Shown here one piece after another: positions 13,993-25,336 of a DNA stretch of 64,000 nt. The first letter of the stretch is position 1; each line of letters opens with the position of its first letter. The notes beneath the pieces were generated by a model. That model was not told the DNA's origin and did not search any database. It saw only the letters and a program-made list of their open reading frames with translations. A program made the translations under genes and the position numbers. This stretch comes from Adineta vaga (Eukaryota; Animalia; Rotifera), in NCBI GenBank assembly GCA_021613535.1, contig CP075497.1:3658001-3722000 (forward strand), in the 5' to 3' direction.

Positions 13993-15237
13993 TTAATTGC
14001 CTTGACTTGTGTGAATTTTTGTACGATCCATATGTTCATTAAATTCACTTGTTTTTTGTAATGGACTACGTGGTCCAGCAAAAATCATTTGAACCATATC
14101 ATCTGCTCGAATATGTTTATGTGCCGCGATTGTTTGAAGTAAAATGAGAAAACCATCAAAATCAATATCACGTGTGCCTTGTGAATAAACACCATTTAAT
14201 GTAAAATCACCTAAGATTGAAATAAAATCTTTATCAAGTTCATTTATTGTATATTTATCATCAAATATTCGACATTCACGCATCCAATTACTTAATACGG
14301 AATTTGTTAAACGAGCTTCTAAATGTGAACTTTGACGACGATATGCAAATGTAGCAAATTCTTTATATAGTGAACGTAAACGTTTACGTTCATCATCAGT
14401 TAAATGTAATTTACGACTTTCTTCTACAACATCATGCATAAGATTAACAGCAGCTAGAACTTTCTTTACATCCCATGGACGATTTGTTTTCTTATTTGTT
14501 CCAACTTCTGGAATATGTTCAACTTCTATTCGCCATCGTTGAAAGGAATATTCATCGGCCATAAGCATTTTTTTAACACATTCATTCAATGATAGATGAA
14601 TCTCTTTTGCTAAGATTCGAATACAATTCATAAAACCAGTCCAATCAAATGTATCACCATCTATTTTGTATCTTCCAATATTCACATTCTGAGCCAATAC
14701 ATTTGATAGAATACTTTCTGTAAAAAAAACTAAAATGCAATCAGATATGAAGATATCAGAGAGATACCAATGAGATTTCCTGAATATATATCTGGAATAA
14801 TATGTGAAGCACGAAGCCATTGAATAAAGACATTTTGTCGAATTAATCCATGTTCAAATTGTTCGGAAGCTAATTGAAATAGATCAAATAATTTAGTGTT
14901 AAGATCTTTCTAAAAAAAGAAAATCTATTTTCAGTTCTTTAATGCAAATTGTCGATTGATTTTATTTTACTACATCAAGTTCATCGCGTTGAATCCATGT
15001 TTCAAACATATGTAATGTTTTCAATTTTGCTACATCCTTTGATAAACCCAATGATTGTCTTTCTTCCAATTTTGCTAGTTCTATATCATTTTGCGGTAGT
15101 ATTTTTACTGACTTATTCGTTTTTAACTTCCTAATTCGTTTTCGAATCTTTGACGATTTTGTTTTGGTTTTCTTCTTTGTTTTCTTTTTCTTTCGTTTTT
15201 TTCCTAATATTCGTCGATCATTCACTTTCATCTGCAT
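13993..15237 (-). CDS. Protein with Lys-rich N-terminus and two p25alpha/TPPP-like (EF-hand-like fold) repeats, 3 exons
   Basis: Exons at ~15237-14974, ~14910-14769 and ~14717-13993 splice in phase. The repeats LFDLFQLA...FIQWLRASHII...DTFDWTGFMNCIRILA and LRSLYKEFATFA...LSNWMRECRIFDDKYTINELDKDF...DIDFDGFLILLQTIAAHK resemble p25alpha. Confidence 0.55.
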
Positions 15238-15671
15238 CTATATACAATTCTAACTATAAACATATATTATCTGATAAAATGAAGTAAAGATATGGCGTGA
15301 TTGAAGAGATAATTGAAATTGTACGACTGAAAGGATTTTAATGAATCTCTTACATTATATCTTTCTACTTCATCACTTTCTAATTGGATTTCATTGATTA
15401 CAAATACAACGATAATAGACTGTACCAAGGTTGTCTACAATGTATATTTTCTATTACATATGCATCATTAATTCGTCTTCTTCTCTCAGACGATTGACAG
15501 TTGTTTATCATTACACAATACATATCACATCATTTCTTTTTGATGGTTCATTCAACTCGTCTATCATGGAACACATGTTTGTTGACATGACAAATGTAGT
15601 TATTACTCATAGAAGTATAGAATGAATGCTCAATCTCTAGAATATTATCTTAGTGATAGAATCATGACATA

Positions 15672-16400
15672 TTAGATTCTATTCACTAAATTTATCTCAA
15701 TATTTCTTACATCATTGTACTGATTAATTAGTGTTGTCATCGGTGGTAATAAGCCTAATTGAATTTTATCTTGAATTTCTTTCAATTTGATTACATCATT
15801 ATAAATTTGTGAGCTAATAATCTTCTGATAAATCTCATCTTTACTTTTACGTAATCGAACTTTAATAATATCAATCAATTGAATAAAACCACAAAAATCT
15901 AAATCTTTATTTCTACGTTCATAAATCTTCTTTTTAATCATTTGTTTACGTAAATAATTCCAATCACTGATAAACATCGACGATGTATATTGATTATCAA
16001 AGATGTCGGATTGTTCTAATAATTTCAACATTTGTTCACGAGAAATTCGTTTATTTCCATTAATATTTTCTGCATATTCATTGAATATTCTCAATAAACA
16101 ACCGATAATATCATCTTGGTCAAGAAATACTTCATTAAAACTAATATATGGTTTTTCAATTTGTATTTCATCAATAAGATCATGCATTACTTGTCGAGTA
16201 AGTTCATAATCATGTTCATCGAAAACATTGAAATTCGATACAATTGAACCAGTTTTTGGTGTTCGAATTGAACCAATGCTACTGGCAGCAGCACTACCAC
16301 GAGAGATGGAATGTTTCAGAAGAATCGTTGTTAAACGTCGTCCTGTACTTGTTGTACTTAGACGATCACGAGATAATGTTCGAGTTCTTGATACGAACAT
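15672..16400 (-). CDS. Intronless hypothetical protein with one p25alpha/EF-hand-like segment
   Basis: 242-aa ORF. LLRIFNEYAE...ISREQMLKLLEQSDIFDNQYTSSMF...KDLDFCGFIQLIDII parallels the repeat in the neighbouring gene. Confidence 0.55.
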   Translation of the reverse strand: MFVSRTRTLSRDRLSTTSTGRRLTTILLKHSISRGSAAASSIGSIRTPKTGSIVSNFNVFDEHDYELTRQVMHDLIDEIQIEKPYISFNEVFLDQDDIIGCLLRIFNEYAENINGNKRISREQMLKLLEQSDIFDNQYTSSMFISDWNYLRKQMIKKKIYERRNKDLDFCGFIQLIDIIKVRLRKSKDEIYQKIISSQIYNDVIKLKEIQDKIQLGLLPPMTTLINQYNDVRNIEINLVNRI

Positions 16401-16487
16401 TTTTGAAAATTTATTTCTTTGATTTACTTAATAAAAACTAAATGAAGAATGAAGAATTTTCGTTTTTTATTCTGTTTAGTAACATCT

Positions 16488-17255
16488 TTATTCATGATTA
16501 TGTTTATGATATTTAGATAAATGAGCTTTGAATGGCGTTTCGTGATTTAGTTTTTGTAAATCAGAATTGAGTTTTTTAAACGCAGACGAAACAGATTTGT
16601 GATATATTTGTTGACGACTAAGATGATCTTTTGATTGAATTGGAGGATTGTATTGTTTATCAGATGATACAAAAGATATTTTGGATGACTTTTTTAAATT
16701 TTCTATCGGCAGAGTTTTATCGATATGTAATTGCATCATATGAGTTTCTAACTGTTCACTAGCTTGGACTGAAGTATTGATCCGTTGATTTAATAGTAAA
16801 CGATTGAGTAAATGTTGTAATTCATAGAGCTCTGTAAATTGATCATCAAAAGTCCATTGTTCATTCAGTAGCGTTTCAGTAAGAAACTTGACACAAGATT
16901 TCATACAGAAAAGTCGATCTTGTTTTGATAAATATTTCTTTCGTTCAATTCTTTGTCGTAATTGTTTAGTAATGGGTTGTAATGTGTCTTGAATTTGATC
17001 AAGTATTTGATTAAAATTTGTTTGAAGAAAAAGTTTCTCAACAGTTTGTTTTGTATTTGGAATGAATACTTTCTCGAGACTATCAGTACTAGGTGAGTGA
17101 CATAAATGTCGATGGGAAATAAAGGAAGATGTCCGTGAATGAGATCGAGCTCGATTTTGGTTGAAATTATATTTTGATGTTGGTTCATGAGAATAATGGG
17201 AAGATATATCAATGATACTATTGCTAGGAGCATGTCGAAGTTTTGAATGGAACAT
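16488..17255 (-). CDS. Intronless hypothetical protein
   Basis: Long ORF (~255 aa from the ATG at 17255, MFHSKLRHAP...) in very AT-rich DNA. No family recognised. Confidence 0.55.
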   Translation of the reverse strand: MFHSKLRHAPSNSIIDISSHYSHEPTSKYNFNQNRARSHSRTSSFISHRHLCHSPSTDSLEKVFIPNTKQTVEKLFLQTNFNQILDQIQDTLQPITKQLRQRIERKKYLSKQDRLFCMKSCVKFLTETLLNEQWTFDDQFTELYELQHLLNRLLLNQRINTSVQASEQLETHMMQLHIDKTLPIENLKKSSKISFVSSDKQYNPPIQSKDHLSRQQIYHKSVSSAFKKLNSDLQKLNHETPFKAHLSKYHKHNHE

Positions 17256-17965
17256 TTGGTATTCCAATACATTACGTTTCAAGTAATATTTGCATTCATT
17301 GAATTTGATATTAGACACAGATTGATTAAAACAATAGAAAAAATTCAATTAATATCTGCGCTTTTTACTTTTTTTTGTTTAGTTAACGATATAGAAAAAG
17401 ATATTCGTTATTCCTACATAAAATCTGTTGGAAAATAATCAAATCTCAGATATTGAATTTGCAAAGATGTTCTTTGAAATAAATAGTCTTTATAGTCGCT
17501 AGATCTCCATACTTTTCGAGTATTGAAATACCAGACTGTGCTTGGTTTTTTTCTACTAATAACACTAAACACTTTGAAAAAATCGAATTGAAAATCTTCA
17601 CTTGCCATTGATAAATCAGTACATGAAAAATTTAGAAATGCGATTATAATTTAAACTGTGCTAGATGTCACTAGTGCCTCGAGTATTTAAATCATTTGTA
17701 AATCTATCCGCAATACAGTAAGATATATTCTTAAAAATGTCTTTCAATACAAATTAGTTGATTTAATAATCAACTACAGAATAGATAGATTCTATAAATG
17801 TTGATCCAATTGGTTTACTTTAGGGATGTTACTTTCTTGCGAACCAATGATATTTATGGTAAGGACGTTTTTTCAATTGCTTATATCATGTGAACTCTGA
17901 CTTCTCCGTATATGTACAAAACAAAACACCTCGATCATATTTTAGATAAACTACTCAACTAAATC

Positions 17966-19837
17966 ATGACATCATTGACACCGAAACCATCTCAAGTTGA
18001 ATCTTGGGAGCGTTTACCTTTGGATTGGCATAATGATGAACGTATGGATGCATTATTTGCTTTTTTTAAAGATCGTGAATTAAATCCTGTTCATTATGAT
18101 GCAAAAATGAAATTTTGGAGTGATACAATAGTTGCATATTGTGAAGATCATGGTCTTTTACAAATCGATATGCCTACTATTGTTTCACGTTTCCGTCGAA
18201 AAGGAAAAACTCCTAAATGTTTAGATAAAATATTTGATGAATTAATTAAACAAAATCGTTTAATCTCAACAAATGATTATGCAAATTCTCAACAAACATC
18301 ATGGGTATCATGGACATTTAATAAATTATCAAGTCCACTTACAGGTTGGATGTCTCCAGGGACACCAATTGATCAGGAAGTTTTCGTTGTTAAAGAAATT
18401 GTGAATGTAAGTATTTTCTTCTTTTTTCAATCAAAATAATTCGTTGTTTTTATTTTAATTAGAAAAAAGCTCAACAAGTCGTTGAAACTTTACAATCTGA
18501 GGTTTATGTTCCAACATTTGATTGTGTTGTTTCATTTACATCTTTTATCAATACATGTCGTCGATGTGCTTTAATTGATGAAAACTCAATTAATTTAGTT
18601 ATATCCGCATTAACACGTGACAAGAAAATTCTCATTGATTATATTGGAGATGCAAAAGATGTGAAAGTAGAAGAAACTTCGAATCGTTCTTTTATTCAGT
18701 TCTAATGAAATTCTTTTGTAGATTGTTAAATTTGTCGCACCTGGAACATCTGTAGTTCGACCATTGACTGAAATCGAGAATAGTGTACTTTTGTAAGAAA
18801 ACATCTTTTTCATTGTATTAAAAATTTTTATTTACGAAAATCTATCATTATAGATTACGTCATTCAAAAGAACGTTTAGAAGAACAATTGAAAAAATCTG
18901 ATCAACAGATCGAAGGGTAAACTTGATTGTTTTTCGTTGAATGATGATGAAATCTTTTTTTTCGTTCAGAGTACTCACGGATATTCGTCGTCATTTGAAG
19001 AATAGCAATCGTACGGCAGCGATGAAATTATTACGTAAGAAGAAATTACTCGAACGAGAACATGATAAAAAAGAAAGTACCATCGATCATCTCAATACTG
19101 TTTTGACACAAATTGAACAAACAGATTGTTCTTCATTGGTATTTACACGAATTCTATTGTGTTTTTTCTTCTTCTAAAAATATATGTATATATATATTAT
19201 TAAGGTTATCAATGCATATTCATCAGGTGTTCAAGCACATAAGGAACTATTACGTAAAAATGGTCTTACACCCGACGCTGTTGATGATATGATCGATGAA
19301 GTACATGAAGTAAGAATAATCACTTCTCTTTCAGTTTGTACTAGGTTTCACAGTCCTACATTCATAGTTAGCGCATAGTCACGTACAGTTTATTTAAACG
19401 AGATATGGGCTAAGAAAAACTGATAACATTCATCTAGAGAGGAATTAAATATCAAACTTAATATTCTCATTCAATTCTTAAAATTGTTTAGATGCTTGAA
19501 AAACAAACCGAAATGGATGATGCACTTAGTCGACCAATTACCAATGATACAACAGATATGACAGAATTAGAAGATGAATTAGAAGAACTATTAAAACAAC
19601 CTATACCACCAACACCTGCACCTAGTCTTCCAATTCAAAAAGAAATCATTAGTACACCTGTTACTGATGAATATGTTAAACCACCAGAACAAGATCCATT
19701 TGCTGATCTAGAATTGCGTTTACAAAAATTGGGCGTACAAGAATGTAAGTGAAGACATTCATTTGATTTCTTATCTTTTATTGTTCTCTCTAGCAACATC
19801 TAATAAAGTACCAGAAATAGCATCAACTACTCATTAA
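17966..19837 (+). CDS. CHMP7: Charged multivesicular body protein 7 (ESCRT-II/III hybrid)
   Basis: N-terminal winged-helix motifs WHNDERMDALFAFFKDRELNPVHYDAKMKFWSDTI and SWVSWTF, then a Snf7 domain (NRTAAMKLLRKKK...VINAYSSG...ELEDELEELL). Confidence 0.9.
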
Positions 19838-20273
19838 TTTTGTATGTAAACTTTTACGTTTGTATCTATACGTTTGGTGCTTTTTGTTCTCCACTATATT
19901 AAAAGAAAAGAAAAATCGATCTTCTCTAATTGTAAAAATGTACATTTTGTATTTCGCTTCGGGTTTTTTTTATCGTACTCATTTATTTGTGTATTTATTG
20001 TAATATGATCCTTGATGAAGAATGTATCATTGAGAGTGTGAAATACTTCTTAGCAACGGCATTTATCCCACCTCGTGCCAATGCACATGATAATGTTATT
20101 CTTCATCGGACGAAGTAGTCGCATAAAAATAGAATCTATAAACCTTTAGTTGAATCTATGACCTTCGCCATTGATATAAAAAGATAAAGAAAAAAAACTA
20201 ATTGTTGTAGTACAACTAATCTTTTTTCTCCCTTCTTTGTGTATCTTGTTTACTGTTTTTTTTATTCATATAC

Positions 20274-21626
20274 ATGATTCATATAACGAATATGCTTATA
20301 TTCTTCTTGTTTTTCTTCAATTTTTTACAAGCTGAACATGTTTGGTTTGTCAAATTTCCTTCCAAAGATAATCATTTATTACATATTGAAAAAACATTTC
20401 CGTTGATTGATCTATTGGAACATGATCATAATCAAACATCCTATATTTTTCTATTACCAAATGATTATCGAACTGAATTTATTCGATTCATTCATCATGC
20501 CAATGGTTTCTATCAAATTTTATCTGATAATTCAAGAAATACATGGAAAGTACCTCCAAATCGATCGAAACGATCTGTTCCATCTGATAATCCTCTAGAT
20601 GAAACTTATTATCAACGGTTTCCCTCGTATGATGAACAACAAGAATGGCAACAACTCCTTCAAACTTCTCCCTTAACACAAAACCTCATTCGTTTACATT
20701 CGATTGGTCAAACGTATGAAAATCGTTCGCTCACTGTCATTCAAATTCATACAAATTCTCCACGTCGATATCGAGGACGACGACGTCGTAAACAAGCAAT
20801 ATTTATCGATGGAGGTATGCATGCACGAGAATGGTTATCAATTGGTGTTGCCAATTATATTCTCATACAATTTCTTCTTTTACGTGAAACTGACCTTAGA
20901 GTTCATGAAATTCTACGACATTTCGATATCTATATATTACCAATAATGAATCCCGATGGTTACGAATATTCTCGAACTACGAATCGTCTTTGGAGAAAAA
21001 ATCGTTCTCCCACAACTCATTCAGATTTTTGGAATGGTGACGAAAATTGTTATGGAGTTGATCTAAATCGAAATTTTCCCTATCAATGGAATAGCACATA
21101 TGGTTCATCAACACATCCATGTTCACATTCATATCGTGGAGAAAGTCCAGCATCAGAAAATGAAGTTGAAAGTGTTGTGAATTTTTTTCGACGACAAAAA
21201 AATTCTCATCCGAAATTTTATGCCTATTTTAATCTACACGCTTATGGAAGATTTTGGTTATTACCATGGACATATACAGTATTCGAACAAATAACAAATT
21301 ATGATGAATTACTCGAAAGAAGTACTCGTGTAGCAGCGAATGTCATGAATCAAACATATCGTGTTGGTCAAGCATCATTTCTATTATATCCATGTAGTGG
21401 AACGAGCATTGATTTTGCTTCGACATTTTTGTCTCATGCAATGACATTTGAATTATCACCAATGTTTAAAGGTTTACCAATGTGTTTTGATCAAAATAAA
21501 ACAGTTGATGATGGTTGCACCATGGGTTTTGTAAGTAGTCCTGAATCAATTCAAATGGATGGAAAAGAAATTTTTGAAGCAATTGTTGAATATTTATATT
21601 CACTTGTACAAGATCATTTTGTTTAA
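20274..21626 (+). CDS. Secreted M14A zinc carboxypeptidase (CPA-type), intronless
   Basis: Hydrophobic signal peptide, prodomain ending in RSKR, DGGMHAREW (Zn ligands H and E), NPDGY, LWRKNR, GVDLNRNF, LHAYG (Zn ligand H), GTSIDF (Ile at the specificity position, as in CPA) and TFEL (catalytic Glu). Confidence 0.9.
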   Translation: MIHITNMLIFFLFFFNFLQAEHVWFVKFPSKDNHLLHIEKTFPLIDLLEHDHNQTSYIFLLPNDYRTEFIRFIHHANGFYQILSDNSRNTWKVPPNRSKRSVPSDNPLDETYYQRFPSYDEQQEWQQLLQTSPLTQNLIRLHSIGQTYENRSLTVIQIHTNSPRRYRGRRRRKQAIFIDGGMHAREWLSIGVANYILIQFLLLRETDLRVHEILRHFDIYILPIMNPDGYEYSRTTNRLWRKNRSPTTHSDFWNGDENCYGVDLNRNFPYQWNSTYGSSTHPCSHSYRGESPASENEVESVVNFFRRQKNSHPKFYAYFNLHAYGRFWLLPWTYTVFEQITNYDELLERSTRVAANVMNQTYRVGQASFLLYPCSGTSIDFASTFLSHAMTFELSPMFKGLPMCFDQNKTVDDGCTMGFVSSPESIQMDGKEIFEAIVEYLYSLVQDHFV

Positions 21627-21731
21627 TTTAATAAAAAAAAAACAGAATCTATTCTTCTATTATTTCAAATAAAAGAGCACTTGTTTTTTCTAATTATTTT
21701 CATTTTTCAGACTAGAGAAATTGTTTAGAAT

Positions 21732-22506
21732 ATGCGTCTCGAACCTTGTTATTATTGTTCATCGACGATATGGCCCGGTCATGGTATTCAATTTGTACGA
21801 AATGATTGCAAAGTAAACAGTAGTAGTTTTTCCGATCTCAGTTGAAAAAAAAAGAGAATGTTTTCTAGATCTTTCGATTTTGTCGATCACGTTGTCATCG
21901 TGCATTTAAAAAGAAATGGAATCCACGAAAATCACGTTGGACAAAAGCACATCGAAAATTTACAGGCAAAGATTTAACTACAGATTCAACATTCGAATTT
22001 GAAAAACGTCGAAATGAACCAGTGAAATATAGCCGTGAATTATGGCAAGATACTGGTAGGAGAAGAAACTTTTCTATGAAATAGAAAGATAAAATTTGAT
22101 TTTTCTCATTGTATTTAGTCAAAGCTATGGAAAAAATTGGAGAAATTCGAACGAAACGTGAACGACATCATATTATGAAACGGTAAAAATCTTGTTTGTA
22201 TTTAAAGAATAATTTCAAAGGATTGATTTTGCTAGTCTTCGACAAGGTACACTCGATCGAAAAGCAGCTGATTTACGTGAAGTACGTGATTATATTCATC
22301 TTGTTCGTGCACCCAATGCTACAAAACCAATGGAAGAAATCGAAATGGTTCAAAAAGCAATGGCTAAACGTGATGAAGCTGGTGAACTTTTGACAAAAAT
22401 TGGTACAACTGTATCGACAACGAAGAAACTCAGTGCATTACGTCGTCGTGCACCTAAAATCGAAGTGACAATGGAAACATCAGATGCGGAACAAGCAATG
22501 GAATAA
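21732..22506 (+). CDS. RSL24D1: Ribosome biogenesis protein RLP24 (L24e-like), 4 exons
   Basis: [27 protein letters not shown]|[30 protein letters not shown]...[21 protein letters not shown] at 22504-22506. Confidence 0.93.
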
Positions 22507-22697
22507 TTTCATTCTTTTTTCATTTGTTTTGTTAATTTGTTTGTTATTCTTTATGTAAAATAAAGATGAATAAAATTTCCGTGTAACGATGTTCATAGAA
22601 AAACAAAAAAACTCCTTCCACCATCTCTTTCGATGTGATCTGTTTTGATTTTGTTTGTTTAATTTTTTCTTTCTAATTATTCTATTAAAGATGATCT

Positions 22698-22946
22698 ATG
22701 CCTGCTGGTCGTTCTAAACTTGTACAAGACGTTCTCCGTCTATATGCTGAATATATGCGTTTAAGTCGACAAGTACAAGGTTTAAAAGATATTGCACGTT
22801 CTGAATTTAAACAAAATAAAAATTTAAAAACCAAAGATAATTTAATTTATATTGAATATCTTATTCGTCGAGGAAAATCTCAATTAAATACATTAAAAGG
22901 TCAAGGTGTTAAAGCGATTAGTTTCTCAACTAAACAATCGCAATAA
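22698..22946 (+). CDS. SDHAF1: Succinate dehydrogenase assembly factor 1 (LYR-motif protein), intronless
   Basis: RSKLVQDVLRLYAEYMR...ARSEFKQN...IEYLIRRGKSQL aligns with SDHAF1 (SRLQRQVLSLYR...RAEFRQH...IEYLYRRGRRQL). Confidence 0.85.
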   Translation: MPAGRSKLVQDVLRLYAEYMRLSRQVQGLKDIARSEFKQNKNLKTKDNLIYIEYLIRRGKSQLNTLKGQGVKAISFSTKQSQ

Positions 22947-24026
22947 TGTCCGAATTTTCATCTGAATTATTAAACAATTTCCCTACAACTTATACAACAA
23001 ATGGTATCGGTGAACAAGCACAGATTTCATTTGCATTTGGTTATGGTTCAGGTGTTTTAAAACAACAACAAGACATAAAGAAAACAGCGAATCAAAATCA
23101 AGTTGATCTGATCTTAACTGTAAATAATTCATTTAGATTTCATGAAGAAAATCTAAAATTAAATCCACTTCATTATTCATTTTTACGACATTTCGGTCCA
23201 TCAACTATTACACGTGTACAAGAAACCAAAGGCGCAAGAATTTATTTTAATCCTTATATTAAATTTAATAATGATAATAATACATTATATAAATATGGAA
23301 TTATTTCACGAAAACATTTAATTCGAGATTTACTCGATTGGGAAACATTGTATGTTGCTGGTCGTTTGCAGGTAATTGAGTTTACAATACATAGTTGTTC
23401 AAATAAATTTGATTGTGTTTTAGAAACCTGTTCGTGTTATTCATATTGATGAAAATGATCAAGATTTAATCTATGCACTTCGAACAAATCTAAGTAGTGC
23501 ATTACATGTTGCTCTTCTTCTTTTACCTGAAGAATTTACATTAAAAGATTTATTTTTAAAAATAACTTCACTTTCCTATCAAGGTGATTTTCGAATGATT
23601 ATTGGTGAAAATAAAAACAAGATTTCCAACATTGTTCTACCACAAATCGATCTTTTCATTGAACAATATTCAAATTTAATAACAACTGATTCATATTTAC
23701 ATTGGAATAAGATTCGAACAGCAGATACAATTGTTAAACAAGATGTAACACCAACAGCTATTTTCAAACGTTTACTTGGCTTACCCAAATATGTTATTTA
23801 TAATATTATGGAATCAACAAAATTCAAAACACGACAATATCAAGATACAGAAGAAGTTATTCGAAAGTTGTGTGTAAGCACACAACGAACTGAGAAGATT
23901 GAAAGTGCTGTTCGATCTATTGTAAAAAGATCGAGTTTAACACAAACATGTAAAGGTTTAGTAACAGCCGGTTTTCTACGTAGTACACGTTATGCTTTAG
24001 AAAAATTAAAGAAAATGATTCGATAG
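22946..24026 (+). CDS. TAMM41: Mitochondrial phosphatidate cytidylyltransferase Tam41, 2 exons (intron 23372-23423)
   Basis: FAFGYGSGV, NPLHYSFL, GARIYFNPYI, KYGII, DLLDWETLYVAGRLQ|KPV, LSYQGDFRMIIGENKNKISNIV and SSLTQTCKGLVTAG. Confidence 0.95.
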
Positions 24027-24103
24027 ATTTGTCTTTCCTTTTTTCATATTTTTTGCGTTTGATTTTCAAAAACAAAATACAAAAGAAATCTTCTATATTC
24101 TAG

Positions 24104-25222
24104 ATGAAGATTGCTGTTGTCGGTTTAGGTGGAACAGGTAGTGCTGCTCTTCGTTTTCTTGCTCAAGCTGGTCATCAAGCAATTGGCTATGAACAATTTC
24201 ATATTGGTCATGAGAATGGAAGTTCACATGGTGAATCACGAATCATTCGATATACGTATCCCGATCTATTATTTACTCAAATGATGGCTGATTCTTATGC
24301 ATTATGGTTTGATCTTGAAAAAGAAGCAGGTGAAGAATTATTCGTTAAATGTGGTGGACTCTATTTCGGTGATAAAGATGATCCAGAAATTGCAAAAACA
24401 GAACAAGCTTTAATTGATACTAATCTACCGTATGAACGACTAACTGCTGAACAAACTCGCGAAAAATATCCGGCATTTCATCTGCGATCTAATGAAGTAG
24501 CTATTTATCAAAAAGACAGTGGATTTTTACGTGCATCTCGATGTGTACAAGCAAATATTCGTCTAGCTAAAAAACATGGTGCTATTGTTCATGAAAATAC
24601 AAAAATTCTCGAAGTTTTGACAAAAGATAATCAAACATTTGTTCGATCATCGCTTGGTGAAGAAGAATTTGATCGTGTTATTGTAACTGCTGGTCCTTGG
24701 ATGGGTACATTAATGAAACATTTGAATTTACCATTGAGACCAACTCGACAACAGATTACCTATTTAAATATCAATAATCATCCAGAGTATTTTCAACCTA
24801 ATGGAATTTTTCCTGTTTGGATTGATTCAACCGAAAATCTTTATGGTTTTCCAAGTGATGGACAAATAACTGGCGTTAAACTAGCGTATCATCATCCAGG
24901 AGAATTGATCACTGATTTAGATGCTGAACGTGCTCCCGTTGATGAAAATTATATTGAAGAAATTCGAGCTTATGCAAGAAAACGTTTTCCAAATTTAGAT
25001 TCCCAAGTGACTTATAGTCAAACATGTGTGTATACAAATACACAGAATGGAGATTTTATTATTGATCGTGTATCAAATGAATCGAATGCATTTTTAGTTA
25101 GTGGTTGTTCTGGTCATGGATTTAAGTTTACAATTTTATTGGGAAAAATAATTTCAATGATGTCGACTGACGATCATGGATATAAACGAGACCTTACACG
25201 ATTTAAAATTAGTAGTTTTTGA
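24104..25222 (+). CDS. Monomeric sarcosine oxidase / N-methyl-L-tryptophan oxidase (SolA/MSOX/PIPOX family) flavoprotein, intronless, bacterial-like
   Basis: GLGGTG Rossmann motif, GSSHGESRIIRYTY, VIVTAGPW, the covalent-FAD cysteine in TCVYTNT, and SGCSGHGFKF. Confidence 0.9.
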   Translation: MKIAVVGLGGTGSAALRFLAQAGHQAIGYEQFHIGHENGSSHGESRIIRYTYPDLLFTQMMADSYALWFDLEKEAGEELFVKCGGLYFGDKDDPEIAKTEQALIDTNLPYERLTAEQTREKYPAFHLRSNEVAIYQKDSGFLRASRCVQANIRLAKKHGAIVHENTKILEVLTKDNQTFVRSSLGEEEFDRVIVTAGPWMGTLMKHLNLPLRPTRQQITYLNINNHPEYFQPNGIFPVWIDSTENLYGFPSDGQITGVKLAYHHPGELITDLDAERAPVDENYIEEIRAYARKRFPNLDSQVTYSQTCVYTNTQNGDFIIDRVSNESNAFLVSGCSGHGFKFTILLGKIISMMSTDDHGYKRDLTRFKISSF

Positions 25223-25336
25223 AATGCTTTCATTAAAAAGAAATATGTGATGATTTAATTTTTTAGTACTTTTTTTTTAATTTATTAATTTAATAAAGAT
25301 AACTAATGTAATTTGGTTTGTTTTAGATTTTTATCA

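Noticed and set aside
24104-25222. Bacterial contamination or chimeric assembly as the source of the oxidase
   Set aside because: AT content and codon usage match the host, and the gene sits within about 100 nt of intron-containing metazoan genes on both sides. Read-level confirmation is still advisable.
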